A stretch of 64,000 nucleotides of DNA from Rebecca billardiae RCC1528. Taxonomy: Eukaryota; Protista; Haptophyta. The DNA lies in the NCBI GenBank assembly GCA_965240325.2, contig OZ251238.1:496001-560000 (forward strand). The letters run 5' to 3'. The translations under genes were made by a program, and so were the position numbers. The notes under the pieces were generated by a model. The model worked only from the letters and a program-made list of their open reading frames with translations, made no database searches and was not told where the DNA came from. Of this stretch, positions 11,007 through 21,636 are shown piece after piece (the stretch's first letter is position 1; each line of letters begins with the position of its first letter).

Positions 11007-12728
11007 TCATCGGGTAGTAGCGGGCGCGGCGGATGCGCCTGCTGGCGAGGCAGAAGACGGCGCTGAGGCCAACGATCGCAAGCTGCTGATGCTGTAGAAC
11101 GGCCGATAGCCGTGCGGCACCGCGTCGGCCTCGCGCACTTCAGCTTTGCCCTCATTCCCGTGCACCACGCTGAGCAGCACGTGCGAGTGCTGGTAGGCTG
11201 TCGGCAGCTTCACGCGCTCCGATGAGGGCGCGTATTGCGCAAACATGACTGCGGGCGTCTTGAACTCGGCGCTCAGGTTGAAGGGCTGGCACGCCGAGTA
11301 GCGGCGGTACAGGTGCGTCGGATCGAACTCGGCGCCGGCGTCAGGCGCGCTGTCGAAGGCAGCGAGGTCCACGTCGTACAAGCACACGCGCACCGGGATC
11401 AGAGGCTTGCCGCTGCGGCCGAGCGCGCTGCGTGCGCTGTTCTGCGCGCGTTCCCTCCAGCGCGCAGCCGCAACGGCCTTCTTCACGAGCGCGGCGTGCA
11501 CATCGTCGCCCTTGCCCGGGACCAGCTCGTGATACCTGGGCATGCCCGGCTCGAGCAGCCCGAGCTGATTGGGCCGGAGCCCGAAGACGAGCAGCAGCCG
11601 GCGCGTCCAGTACGGATGGACGTGCCAGAAGCTCCACGCCACGCGCGCCTCCATCCTCGGCAGGCTGAAGGCGGTCCACATGTGCGTCGGCCGGTCGCCC
11701 GGCACGGGGAAGGTGCTTTGGTACCCCTGCGCGGCGCCCCACATGTCCGCGCGCACCCCCACCTTGAGGACGGAGACCAAGTGCGGCACGGGCGGCCGCG
11801 GCCGCGCCCAGCGCACCGCTGCGAGCACGTAGGTGCTGAGGGGCGCCGAGCCGGCAGGCCGAACGTCGTTCAGCTCCGCCCAGCCGTGCAGCGGCGTGCG
11901 CAGTGGCATGGCGTAGCCGGGTGGCATGTCGCGGATGTGGCAGCCCACCCCACCGCCCTCGCGGGTGCATGCGCAGTCCGAGTGCAGGAAGAGCTGCAGC
12001 TGGCCGCGAGGAGCGCCCGCCTGCACGAGGTGGTGGTGGTGCTGGTGGATTGGAGGGTGGTCGAGCAGCTGCCCGGACGAGTCGTCCATCGAGCCGAGGA
12101 ACGAGGAGGTCACGTAGGCAAGCGCGGGCAGCGCGGCGTGTGCGACGTTGTACGACACCTCTGACCAGCCCCACCCACCGCGTGTGACCACTGGACCGAC
12201 CTTGGCGAACAGCCAGCCCGCCGTGTCTGTGCGCTGCTCTCGTGCGGCACCGACGTCGGTATCTAGGCACGTCCACTGGCGCACGGGCGCGCCTGGCTCG
12301 TAGTCGTCCGGCTGTGCGGGCGGCCTGCGATTGGGCCACGAGCGCAGAGAGGGCAACTCGTGAACGACGCCATGGTTCGGGAGAGTAACCCCATCCGCGT
12401 AGCGGATGCTCGGTGACGGCGCCCACGTGCACGAGCGCAGCCGACGCTCAAAGTCGGCGCGGCGTGCGCGCGCAGCTACGGCGCCAGGGTAGGCGAGCTT
12501 GCAGAAGGCGCGATACTCGTCGCTTGACACGCGCTCGCAGCTCGCCGCGTCTTCAACCCATGGCGCGCCACCCCACGTATCCGCCGCCCCGGATCGCCGC
12601 AGGCCCGTCACGAGCAGTAGTATGAGCAGCGTGAACCAGCGCGAGACCGGAAGGCAGACACGCCATGGAGGCAGTAGGTGGCGCGTGTAGTGCTGCCCAT
12701 GACGACTGCCTGACAAGCTCACACCCAT
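11007..12728 (-). CDS. His-rich putative secreted protein, unknown family (paralog A); possible copper monooxygenase-like
   Basis: Hydrophobic segment WFTLLILLLVTG; motifs HPPIHQHHHH, HSDCAC, WHVHP and HSH. Co-linear and highly similar to the gene at 21637, which confirms coding status. Confidence 0.8.
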   Translation of the reverse strand: MGVSLSGSRHGQHYTRHLLPPWRVCLPVSRWFTLLILLLVTGLRRSGAADTWGGAPWVEDAASCERVSSDEYRAFCKLAYPGAVAARARRADFERRLRSCTWAPSPSIRYADGVTLPNHGVVHELPSLRSWPNRRPPAQPDDYEPGAPVRQWTCLDTDVGAAREQRTDTAGWLFAKVGPVVTRGGWGWSEVSYNVAHAALPALAYVTSSFLGSMDDSSGQLLDHPPIHQHHHHLVQAGAPRGQLQLFLHSDCACTREGGGVGCHIRDMPPGYAMPLRTPLHGWAELNDVRPAGSAPLSTYVLAAVRWARPRPPVPHLVSVLKVGVRADMWGAAQGYQSTFPVPGDRPTHMWTAFSLPRMEARVAWSFWHVHPYWTRRLLLVFGLRPNQLGLLEPGMPRYHELVPGKGDDVHAALVKKAVAAARWRERAQNSARSALGRSGKPLIPVRVCLYDVDLAAFDSAPDAGAEFDPTHLYRRYSACQPFNLSAEFKTPAVMFAQYAPSSERVKLPTAYQHSHVLLSVVHGNEGKAEVREADAVPHGYRPFYSISSLRSLASAPSSASPAGASAAPATTR

Positions 12729-12848
12729 CGCCGCCCGCAGCCCGCCGCTCGTCTGCGAACTCGTCGCGCTCCCCCGCTGGCTCGGCGGGCGACGGAGCCG
12801 ATGCGGCGTGGGCCGCCAGCAGCCGCCGGCCGGTCTAAGATTACATAA

Positions 12849-15269
12849 GACCCCTTCAGGGACGGTTACGGCAGCCATGGTGACCCAGACCAGCGCAGGT
12901 CGTCTCGGGGTACGCTGGCAGTGGCGTCTGGATGCCCGGCGAGCACCTTGCTGCGGCGTCGACGTGCTAGCCGACGGGCGTAAGGACTTGTTGAAGGACT
13001 TGGCGCCCGTCTCGGAGGTGATCGGCGTTGATGAGCTCGCTGGTAAGGTGTTCGCCGTCGACGCGAGCATCTGGATCCACCAGCTCGCCGCTGTCCGTGC
13101 TGATGTGCTCGAGGCGGGTGATTATCCAACGCGGCCTCTTCTTGTCGCGCGCGCGACGGCCCCATCGCATGGGGCTGATTGCACAAGGTTGCCTGCGCGA
13201 TAGTTTTGCGACCGCGTTAGACTCGTCTGCTCAGAGCGATGCTGAGAATACGTGTGCGCGCCTGTCAACAGCGGGGCAATCCTTCACCACGCGACCCTAC
13301 TGGTTTCTGCGTGGGAACGATGGCGCAAGGGCAAGACCACGCCCACCAGTGACATCTGTAGCCTAGCGATCAGCCAGCTATTCGGCGCGTGCCACGTGGC
13401 TGGCGCTGCTGCACCGCCAGCGGCGCGCGGGCTGCGCTGTCACCGCACGGCAGCAGCTGTGGCTGCGACACACCGGTCGAGCCGCGACACTGTGCCTGCT
13501 GGGCCATGGCTGCACATGCGCGGATTCGTGCACAGCCACGACACGGTATGGCAGGGCCACTTGATCTGCTCGCGCGAGAGCCTTTGGGTGCCAGCTAGCG
13601 GGGGCGCCGCACACGCGCCCGCTCGCGCTGCGCAGCAGACGGGTGCAGTGTTTCTGGTGCCGAGGGCTGCGCACGCATCGCACACGTTGCTGTGCGCTGC
13701 TCGCGGGTGCTCGTGGGTGCTCGCTCAGGCGCGTGGACCGTCAGGCCACCCAGCGGCCGACGCGCCTCGTCCGCTGCCGCGAGCAGCCCCGTGCTGGCGA
13801 CTGGCGGTGCCCGTCTGCAGCAGGTTGGCGGTGCATCGGACGGCGCGCGCCCGGCGAGTGCCCTCAGCGGCATGCTGCTGGACGGTGCACGCCAGGGTTG
13901 GCCCCCACGCGAGTATGAATCGCTCCTGGCAGGCTGGTAGCTTTTAGAGATGGACGACAAACTGCGCCGGGCGGGGCCGCGCTCGGCACCTCGGCCGAGA
14001 ATCACAGCGTGTCGCCGCACTGCATGTCTCTCACATCCGCACTGGATCACAGTGCACGGCCGCCCGCGCGGAGCGCCGCAGACAGCCCTTAGACTGGATG
14101 CAGCGCGGCAGGTGTTTAACAAAACTGAGCAGAGAGCGCGGCAGCACCGCGCGCGCGCACGGCGCAAGCAGCACGCGTACTCGCCGGATGCCCTTACCCC
14201 CACGTGCGCGTGCACGTCCGCAATACAGTCTCACTGAGTGACCTAATTCGCGCCGGAGTGTTAGGCTCTGCGTATACAATGAGCACTTCGTAGTTCGGCT
14301 GGCACAAGGCAGGCAGCTCCGCTCACGCCTGACGGGCGGTGGAGCCGTGGCGCGGCGCGGCGTGGCTGAGATTTCGCTCAATGATAGGAGTATTAGGCAG
14401 CACGCTGATGCCGCGCCACCGCCGCAGCGGCGTGGAACCCCGCGGTATTACCCACACGAGTGTGCATATAAGCACTATACATCACGGCCTGCACAGCAGC
14501 AGCAGCGGTAGTGCACGACTCTAGCTGAAGCCGAGTGTGTCACACCGTCTGTCAAGACTGATGTGTGACGCGCACGACCCCTGAAGTGACGGCACTGACA
14601 GTGACTGACGCACACCGACGACGATGAGTAGTAAAACAAATTCCGAGCCGCGCTTTCGCGGATGCACTGATGATGCTGAGTTGGTGCCACTGAGATCATG
14701 AAGTGCGAGGCCCCCTAGCATACCCGCACGAGTGCGCACGAGCTGGCCACGGCTCAGATTCGAGCTGTCCGTTCGGCCGCACGCTCGCAACGGCAATGGC
14801 AGCGCGTGGCCGCGTGCGGCGGTATAATGGCCCCAGTGCATGCTACTCGACGGCGCGTGGCGCGAGAGCGTTGCAACATACCCGGCGCCACGCACCAGCC
14901 GAACTGCCCCCGCCCCCGCACCCCGTCTCACACGCCTCGCCCAACCTGACTCCAGTACGCGCCGTCACGGCCGAACCAAACGGCCGAGCAGCAACCGTCC
15001 TGAATGCGGCTGGATGTGGGTGCGCGTGGTGGTCGAGACGAGCACACTCGAGCGGGATCAGCGGGCCGGCGGCAGCGCCAACAGTCGCACACGCATCGAC
15101 CTGTCCCACAGGGCAGGTCGCCCCCTCGTGGCTTCTGGCTCGGCGAGCTCGGCCGCCGCGCATGCTCACCCTCATGGCCCCGAGCACGCCCAGCGTACCC
15201 CGAGACGCTCCTCGAGACGGGCTGCGAACCGACATCAGCATGGCTGCCGTAACCGTCCCTGAAGGGGTC
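12849..15269. mobile_element. TIR DNA transposon with TAA TSD (PIF/Harbinger-like), carrying a decayed XPG/EXO1-family nuclease
   Basis: TAA|GACCCCTTCAGGGACGGTTACGGCAGCCATG ... CATGGCTGCCGTAACCGTCCCTGAAGGGGTC|TAA, a 31-bp perfect TIR. A second subterminal inverted pair GTCTCGGGGTACGCTGG lies near 12902 and 15190. Confidence 0.85.
12975..13475 (+). pseudogene. XPG/Rad2/EXO1-family 5' nuclease fragment (frameshifted)
   Basis: GRKDLLKDLAPVSEVIGVDELAGKVFAVDASIWIHQ matches XPG-N. AQSDAENTCARL resembles XPG-I APxEAEAQCAxL. CGCDT resembles H3TH GCDY. The three motifs are in the correct order but split by stops/frameshifts. Confidence 0.7.
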
Positions 15270-15561
15270 TAATCATATCAGTAGACAGTATCTCGCCTGC
15301 CTGAGCTGTGTGCGTCTCTTATTCTGAGTCAACTGTACGGTACAACTTTATCCCGTACAGTATGCGGCATCAAAGGAATGAAAGGGGATAGGACGGCAAC
15401 TCCAGTCACCAGTGACAGAGGTCATGCGAAACACCGAACCGACGCCACGACTCACGAGTCCGGTGCCGGGGGGCCGCAGCCCGCTGAGTCGCGCGAGATC
15501 CGAGGCCGCGACCCCCTACTGTACAGAAGTGTGACTCTGACTGGCGTACTCACTGGTAGCA

Positions 15562-16800
15562 TCACGGGTCAGAACCGTCGGATGACTGCCCTGCGAGGGC
15601 GGCCCTGCCCACTGTGGGCACTGACCGAACAGCACACCCATTGGCGCTGACGCGGGCACACTTGTCCGTCAGGTTGGCATTCAGACACTGGTAGCCGCAG
15701 CCCGAATCGTCGATAATGCACATGCCCTGCGCCTCCGTATGCGCTGCGACCCAGCTCTGCATCATCGCCTGGGCCTCACGCGCCGGCGTTCCAGGGCGCA
15801 CGGCCGGTCGCGAGGCGTACCACCGAGAGACGGCCGGCCCACACAGCCGCTCGGCTTGCGACTCGCAGTGGATGAAGAGTTCGAGCGCAGTGGTGAGACG
15901 CGGCTCCAACCGCGCAATCTGTGCGTCCAGCCGGCGCTCTGCCTCGGCTACGAGCGCGTACTCGAGCGCATTGTCCGTGCGGTACTGCCCGCGCACATAG
16001 GCCTGCACGGCGAGATCCTCCTCTTGCAGCTTCTTGTGCCGCGCCAAGGCGTAGCCGGAGAAGTCTGCGCCATGCCCGTCGCCCACCTTGGCCCTGACAT
16101 GCAAGATGTCGTTGGTGTCGAGTCCAAGCAGCAGCTGCAGCGCCACGAGAGACTCGGCATACCGGTGGTACACCATCACGAGGTCGTACTGCTCGAGCGT
16201 GGCAGTGACATTGCCGAAGACCGGGCCTCCGATCCGCTTGTACTGGAAGTCAAGGCTCTTTCGCAGCCAGTGGAGCTTGGCTTGCACAATGCCCTCGGGC
16301 GAGAGTCCTGCCTCGCCACCGGAGCGACTCACGAAAAGGTGGTAGTAGTGTGAGAGCGCCCTGTCGGCAGGGCGGCGCACGACGGTGACAGTAAAGGCGT
16401 TGGGATACGTACGCGCAAAGGGGCGCCCGTTCGGATCGACCACCGGGTCCTGGTTCGCGTGGAGGCCGTGCGTGTGCACCCGTCCGCCGCCTTCGTCCTC
16501 GGCCTTGCAGGCCACCATGCAGTAGTTGAGGCACATCCGGCGCAGGGTGCCCGCAAGCGTGCTGCCTCCCACCTTGGAATTCTTCACGAATACCACATTA
16601 CCGGGTAACCGAGAGCAGGGTGCTGTGGCCATAGCGCACGCAAAGATGGTTAGCCGCGCAAGACTCCACCACACCCTCGGGCGGTCACTGTGAGATTGCA
16701 GGCAGCGGTGCGTGCCAGCTGGGCCTCGAGCACTGGGACTTGCTCGTGAGCTTCGCGGAGCTGGTCGGCTGCGTCCAGGTGCAAGCCAAGGCGCACTCAT
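15562..16800 (-). CDS. Sulfotransferase (galactose-3-O-sulfotransferase-like)
   Basis: 5'-PSB motif FVKNSKVGGSTL, 3'-PB motif VVRRPADRALSHYY, and YDLVMV...ESLVAL. Confidence 0.85.
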   Translation of the reverse strand: MSAPWLAPGRSRPAPRSSRASPSARGPAGTHRCLQSHSDRPRVWWSLARLTIFACAMATAPCSRLPGNVVFVKNSKVGGSTLAGTLRRMCLNYCMVACKAEDEGGGRVHTHGLHANQDPVVDPNGRPFARTYPNAFTVTVVRRPADRALSHYYHLFVSRSGGEAGLSPEGIVQAKLHWLRKSLDFQYKRIGGPVFGNVTATLEQYDLVMVYHRYAESLVALQLLLGLDTNDILHVRAKVGDGHGADFSGYALARHKKLQEEDLAVQAYVRGQYRTDNALEYALVAEAERRLDAQIARLEPRLTTALELFIHCESQAERLCGPAVSRWYASRPAVRPGTPAREAQAMMQSWVAAHTEAQGMCIIDDSGCGYQCLNANLTDKCARVSANGCAVRSVPTVGRAALAGQSSDGSDP

Positions 16801-16929
16801 CCCAGGCGCCCCGTCAGCGGCGTAAGCTGGGACGAGATGTGAGAACCCCGAGCCAGGAGCGCTCTGGATTTGACTCGCCGTGCGGGGGTGGGCGTGGGCG
16901 GTAGCGGTCTATACCCGGCACCCTCGCTC

Positions 16930-18158
16930 GCTCACCTCGGCACCTCGGCACCTCGGCGACCTCCGGCGACCGGACTTCGCGGGCATTTTGCCCGGAAAAT
17001 CGGCAACGGCCTGCGCTTTTGGCCGACACCGCGGGCACGAGCGAGCCGTGCGAGTGAACTTGGGCACGCCAAGAGTCACAGCACTCGTCGAAATAGTGAT
17101 GACAGGCGGCTCACAACAGTGTGCCGACGTAGTCTTAACGCGCCCGTTGACAGATCGCACAGCTTGCTATGCCACCGCGTGCCAACGCGCACGTCGGCTC
17201 TCAGCCATGACTAGCTCGGAATCGCGGCTCACTGGATCGCCGTCGGGCCGGAGCAACTGCCGACACCACGGGGGCGGGCGCCGGCGCAGGCAGCCGCCGG
17301 ACATACTGGATGTCCGGCGGCTGGTCGAAGAAGGACGACGCCTCGGAGCCGGACTTACGCACGTGCTTGGACTCGTCGAACACGCCCGCGCAACCTGGCA
17401 GGCAGTCCTTCTGCCCGACGGCGTACAGGCTGCTGAGGATCTGCGTGCGCACGTTGAACGTGTCTCGCGGCGACACCTTCTTGCCCACGTGCAGCCAAAC
17501 ATGCGAGGTGTCCTGGTGGAGCGCCGCGGTCTCGATGGGGAAAGCCGAGCTCGTTCGCCGGACCCAGCGTGACCATCACGCCCTTCTGCCCCTTGGCGAG
17601 CTCCTGCGCTCGGCGCACGTGCTTGTGCAGCCTGTCCGCCGCCGCGGCCTGACACACACGCGCGCGCCCGGGAGAAGATGGTCAGCGCGCGCGCGCGGCG
17701 CGCGCGGCGCGCGCACGCACGCGCGCGAACGCGCACCTGCTCCTCCGTCTTCTCCTTCACGTTCCCCTCGTCCACCGCCGGGCCGTTCACGCCGGCCCGT
17801 CGCGGCCGCGTCCACCTCGTCCTGCGAATGGAAGGCCCCGAACGTGGAGAAGGCGTCCGGCTCGACGGCGCCGAAACGAGCGTCCGCGGAGTTCTTTGCG
17901 GTGGGGCTCGTCATCTTCTCCTTGCCGTTGCTGGTCCGCTTCGACATGCTCGTGCGCGTGCTGGAGGCTCGGGTGAAAGAGGACGGCGGGGACGGGTCTG
18001 CCAGTCGAGGCATGCTGCACGCACTCGCTCACCGCTCGAAATTGGTGATCCCTAAATAAAATGCTTGCCGCTGGGGCCGCCGAGGTCGCCGAGGTTCGCC
18101 GAGGTTCGCCGAGGTGGGGGCCCCAGCGAAAACCACTGGCGATGCCGAAGTGCCGAGG
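16930..18158. mobile_element. Degraded TIR-type element delimited by opposed CCTCGGC(A/G) subterminal repeats
   Basis: Tandem ACCTCGGC units at about 16934-16970 face GCCGAGGT units at about 18079-18160. The right side has hAT-like ends (AAAACCACTG or GCAACTG). No convincing TSD. Confidence 0.35.
17201..17947 (-). pseudogene. Frameshifted intron-containing gene remnant, unknown product
   Basis: Coding-like segments (GVNGPAVDEGNVKEKTEEQ | AAAADRLHKHVRRAQELAKG; HVWLHVGKKVSPRDTFNVRTQIL) with a canonical intron at 17736-17649, but at least two frameshifts. Confidence 0.45.
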
Positions 18159-18174
18159 TTAGCAACTGGCACGA

Positions 18175-19056
18175 GGAAGGAGCATCAGGCAAGTACAAGC
18201 TCGTGCACACTGCACACAGCCAGCCATATTACCGATTTCGGGCAACCGAAATCGTGGAACAGTGGAACACACGATTTCCAGAAATCGAAAACGAAAACGT
18301 TTGACTGGGTGAGCGAGACGAATCAGGAGACCTGCGCCGTCCTACCTGTGTCGTTAACGTCGCGCGCGTGGCGGCACTCGCCCCGTCACGATCGCGCTCG
18401 GGCTCGTTGCGGCTTGCTGGGCACCGGCGCTGATACACGTAGCGCCCGTCTCCGCCCTCGGCTGACCTCCGCGCGCCTTCCGCCGCCGCCGCCGCGTGCG
18501 CGATCGACCTGTACCGCACAGCTTGCGGAGCGGTGCGCCTGTCCGTCACCGAACGCGCGCAGCTAGAGTGGCACTGCTTGAGCGGGACGCCCGTCGCGGG
18601 GTCTGCCCTCGCCATCGCTACCCCAGTATGTCCTCCGACGCCGCGTGCGCCCGCGTGTGCGCCGCCTCCTGGCCACGGGCAGCAGCGCACAGACGGACGG
18701 CGCGCAACTCTTCACTCGACAAGCGGTCCTTGTTCCTTGTTCGCCGCATGATCGGCAATGCCAATGTAATATGACGATGTAGTATGTTATGCCCACTGCT
18801 ACGCAGTCACCAGATCGGCGACGTCGTCGACAGTTGGGATAGCTCCAAGTGGAGGTCCGAGTGGTTGCAGCCCACTGTGCCACCAGGGTACTTGCGGCTG
18901 CGACGTGTTTGCCGCGCTGACGTTCCCAGACCCACCAAACCAACCGGTGCACAACACTGCCGCGCCATCCAAGGCGACGCGCGCTGGCAGCCCGTCCTTT
19001 GCTCCAACGGGGGTCAAAACGCGTCTGCCCGCGGTGAGTGTCAATCATCATCATGA
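18175..19056 (+). pseudogene. Possible decayed CACTA/EnSpm-type transposase fragments
   Basis: Lower-GC coding-like pieces KYKLVHTAHSQPYYRFRATEIVEQWNTRF and IGDVVDSWDSSKWRSEW...YLRLRRVCRADVPRPTK. These loosely resemble the DxWDxxxW...LRLxxxxDG..P signature. Confidence 0.25.
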
Positions 19057-19634
19057 CCAGTGCCAGCAGCCCGTGCCCGTGGTGAGCTGCGTGGTGAGCG
19101 CAGCTCACCACGGGCCGCCCAGGCGCCGGGCGCCGCGCGGCCCTGCGCGGCGCCTAGGCAGGCGCGGACGACGATATCGATCCGTGCGTAGAGTATAATC
19201 CGCCGCCGACAGGCGACAGCAATGATTTTAGATGAATGTGGTGATAACGACCGAAGGCTCGTGGTAACTTACTAATCTGCAGCCGCACCGGCTGAACCGG
19301 ATAGTGAACGTCCGGGCAAAACGGACGCGCCACAGGCCGCACGTGAAGGCACGCGGCTCGCCTCGCGCGACAGTCGCCGTCGTACCAAAAGGCAATCGCC
19401 CGAGGCCGAGCCATCGCAGCTCCATGGCTTGCCGAGCCAGCGGGGGAGCGCACCGAGCGCGTTTTTATATATATATATATATGCGCGTTGCCGCGGGCGG
19501 CTGCGGCGGGCCGCGCCCGCCGGGCGCGAGCCGGGTGGGGCCCGTCGGCCGGTGCGGCGGACGGGGGACGGGGGGGCACGCAGCCACAGCTGCACGACGC
19601 GCAGCGTGGTCGGTCCCAGGCCGCCTCGGCACGC

Positions 19635-21347
19635 TCAGGCCCGCCTCCTGGCCATCACCACAGGTATGACCTGCTGTGGTCGTGCTGCTCCTCCTGGGCC
19701 CGGCGCTCCCGGCGCTGTCGATGATGTTGGCGGCCATAGGTGCGCTGGCGCATCAGCGGTAGTGTTGATGCTTGCTGGTAGTCCCTGTTCGTGGCTGCCG
19801 GGGGTAGCCTGGACTGCATCGTGCGCTTTGCCACGCTGATGGCGTTCGTCCCGGGCCCAGGCACCATCATTGACCACCCCGTCGTCAACCGAGTGGATCG
19901 TGCCGTCTGGCGAGCGCCAGCGGACGATGCTGACTTCCACCAGCGGCGGCGATGGCGACCGCGGCGGCGCGACGTCCGAAACAGCGGCAGTGCGGCTGGT
20001 GTGCTTGCGTCGGCGCTTTGTGGCGCTCGGTCCCTGGTCGCCGGTGCCATGCTCCAGCCTGCGCTTGGGGACAGCGAGCCGACTGCATACCATGCCAGCC
20101 AGCTTGTGCGTAGCGCACCGGCTGGCGCGCGCGTCGCCCGGCATGCCGAATGAAGGCCCCTTGGTGCAGTCCGCGTGATCACACTTGGGGCTCTTCACGT
20201 CGACCATGCCGGCCAGCTTATGCGCAGCGCACAGGCTGGCACGCGCGTCGCCCGGCATGCCGAATGAAGGCCGTTTGGTGCAGCCCGCGTGATCACACTT
20301 GGGGTGCTTCACGTTGACCATGCCGGCCAGCTTGTGCGCAGAGCACAGGCTGGCGCGCGCGTCGCCCGGCATGCCGAATGAAGGCCCCTTGGTGCAGTCC
20401 GCGTGATCACACTTGGGGCTCTTCACGTCGACCATGCCGGCCAGCTTATGCGCAGCGCACAGGCTGGCACGCGCGTCGCCCGGCATGCCGAATGAAGGCC
20501 GTTTGGTGCAGCCCGCGTGATCACACTTGGGGTGCTTCACGTTGACCATGCCGGCCAGCTTGTGCGCAGAGCACAGGCTGGCGCGCGCGTCGCCCGGCAT
20601 GCCGAATGAAGGCCCCTTGGTGCAGTCCGCGTGATCACACTTGGGGCCCTTCACGTTGACCATGCCGGCGAGCTTGTGCGTAGCGCACCGGCTGGCGCGC
20701 GCGTCGCCCGGCATGCCGAAGTAAGGCACCTTGCTGCAGTCCGCGTGATCACACTTGGGGCTCTTCACGTCGACCATGCCGGCCAGCTTGTGCGTAGCGC
20801 ACCGGCTGGCGCGCGCGTCGCCCGGCATGCCGAATGAAGGCCCCTTGGTGCAGTCCGCGTGATCACACTTGGGGCCCTTCACGTTGACCATGCCGGCGAG
20901 CTTGTGCGTAGCGCACCGGCTGGCGCGCGCGTCGCCCGGCATGCCGAAGTAAGGCACCTTGCTGCAGTCCGCGTGATCACACTTGGGGCTCTTCACGTCG
21001 ACCATGCCGGCCAGCTTGTGCGTAGCGCACCGGCTGGCGCGCGCGTCGCCCGGCATGCCGAACGAAGGCCACTTGGTGCAGCCAGTGTGATCACACTTGG
21101 GGCTCACCATGTTGACCATGCCGGCCAGCTTGTGCGTAGCGCACCGGCTGGCGCGCGCGTCGCCCGGCATGCCGAATGAAGGCCGTTTGGTGCAGCCCGC
21201 GTGATCACACTTGGGGTGCTTCACGTTGACCATGCCGGCCAGCTTGTGCGCAGAGCACAGGCTGGCGCGCGCGTCGCCCGGCATGCCGAATGAAGGCCCC
21301 TTGGTGCAGTCCGCGTGATCACACTTGGGGCCCTTCACGTTGACCAT
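19635..21347 (-). CDS. EsV-1-7 cysteine-rich repeat protein (11 x 38-aa repeats)
   Basis: Repeat MVNVKGPKCDHADCTKGPSFGMPGDARASLCSAHKLAG fits the EsV-1-7 consensus C..GC.K.PSFG......C..HK..GMV. Basic NLS-like TKRRRKH follows the repeats. A partial repeat upstream of the ATG suggests 5' truncation or a missing exon. Confidence 0.85.
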   Translation of the reverse strand: MVNVKGPKCDHADCTKGPSFGMPGDARASLCSAHKLAGMVNVKHPKCDHAGCTKRPSFGMPGDARASRCATHKLAGMVNMVSPKCDHTGCTKWPSFGMPGDARASRCATHKLAGMVDVKSPKCDHADCSKVPYFGMPGDARASRCATHKLAGMVNVKGPKCDHADCTKGPSFGMPGDARASRCATHKLAGMVDVKSPKCDHADCSKVPYFGMPGDARASRCATHKLAGMVNVKGPKCDHADCTKGPSFGMPGDARASLCSAHKLAGMVNVKHPKCDHAGCTKRPSFGMPGDARASLCAAHKLAGMVDVKSPKCDHADCTKGPSFGMPGDARASLCSAHKLAGMVNVKHPKCDHAGCTKRPSFGMPGDARASLCAAHKLAGMVDVKSPKCDHADCTKGPSFGMPGDARASRCATHKLAGMVCSRLAVPKRRLEHGTGDQGPSATKRRRKHTSRTAAVSDVAPPRSPSPPLVEVSIVRWRSPDGTIHSVDDGVVNDGAWARDERHQRGKAHDAVQATPGSHEQGLPASINTTADAPAHLWPPTSSTAPGAPGPGGAARPQQVIPVVMARRRA

Positions 21348-21370
21348 GCCGGCTAGCTTGTGCGTGGCGC
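20090..21370. repeat. 114-bp coding tandem repeat, 11 copies
   Basis: Near-identical DNA units, e.g. GCGTCGCCCGGCATGCCGAA recurring every 114 bp. Confidence 0.95.
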
Positions 21371-21636
21371 GAGCGACGTTCGCCGGTACAGTTTACTAAG
21401 AATAAGAGACGCACACAGCCAGTTTACTAAGAATGGCATATGCGAGTGAGTACCTCTCCACACATTCTTATAGGTTGTCCTAGGAGGACGGTTTGTATGA
21501 AAGTAAACGATTTCGCACATACGAAGATTGGACGCCTCGCGCGCGAACAATGTCGTATTTGCAAATAGGGTAGAGGAGTCGGGGGGGGAGCATCAGGTAA
21601 AAGTGTGTTGTGATCAAAACGCGTCAGCTGCTTATA

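Noticed and set aside
12729-13070. N-terminal extension of the 687-aa ORF
   Set aside because: It runs through the transposon TIR and the antisense of the XPG fragment. The paralog supports a start near 12728 or later.
14840-15180. YqaJ-like exonuclease remnant in the TAA-flanked element
   Set aside because: Only a vague PSWLLA resemblance; the catalytic SPDG and ExK motifs are not visible.
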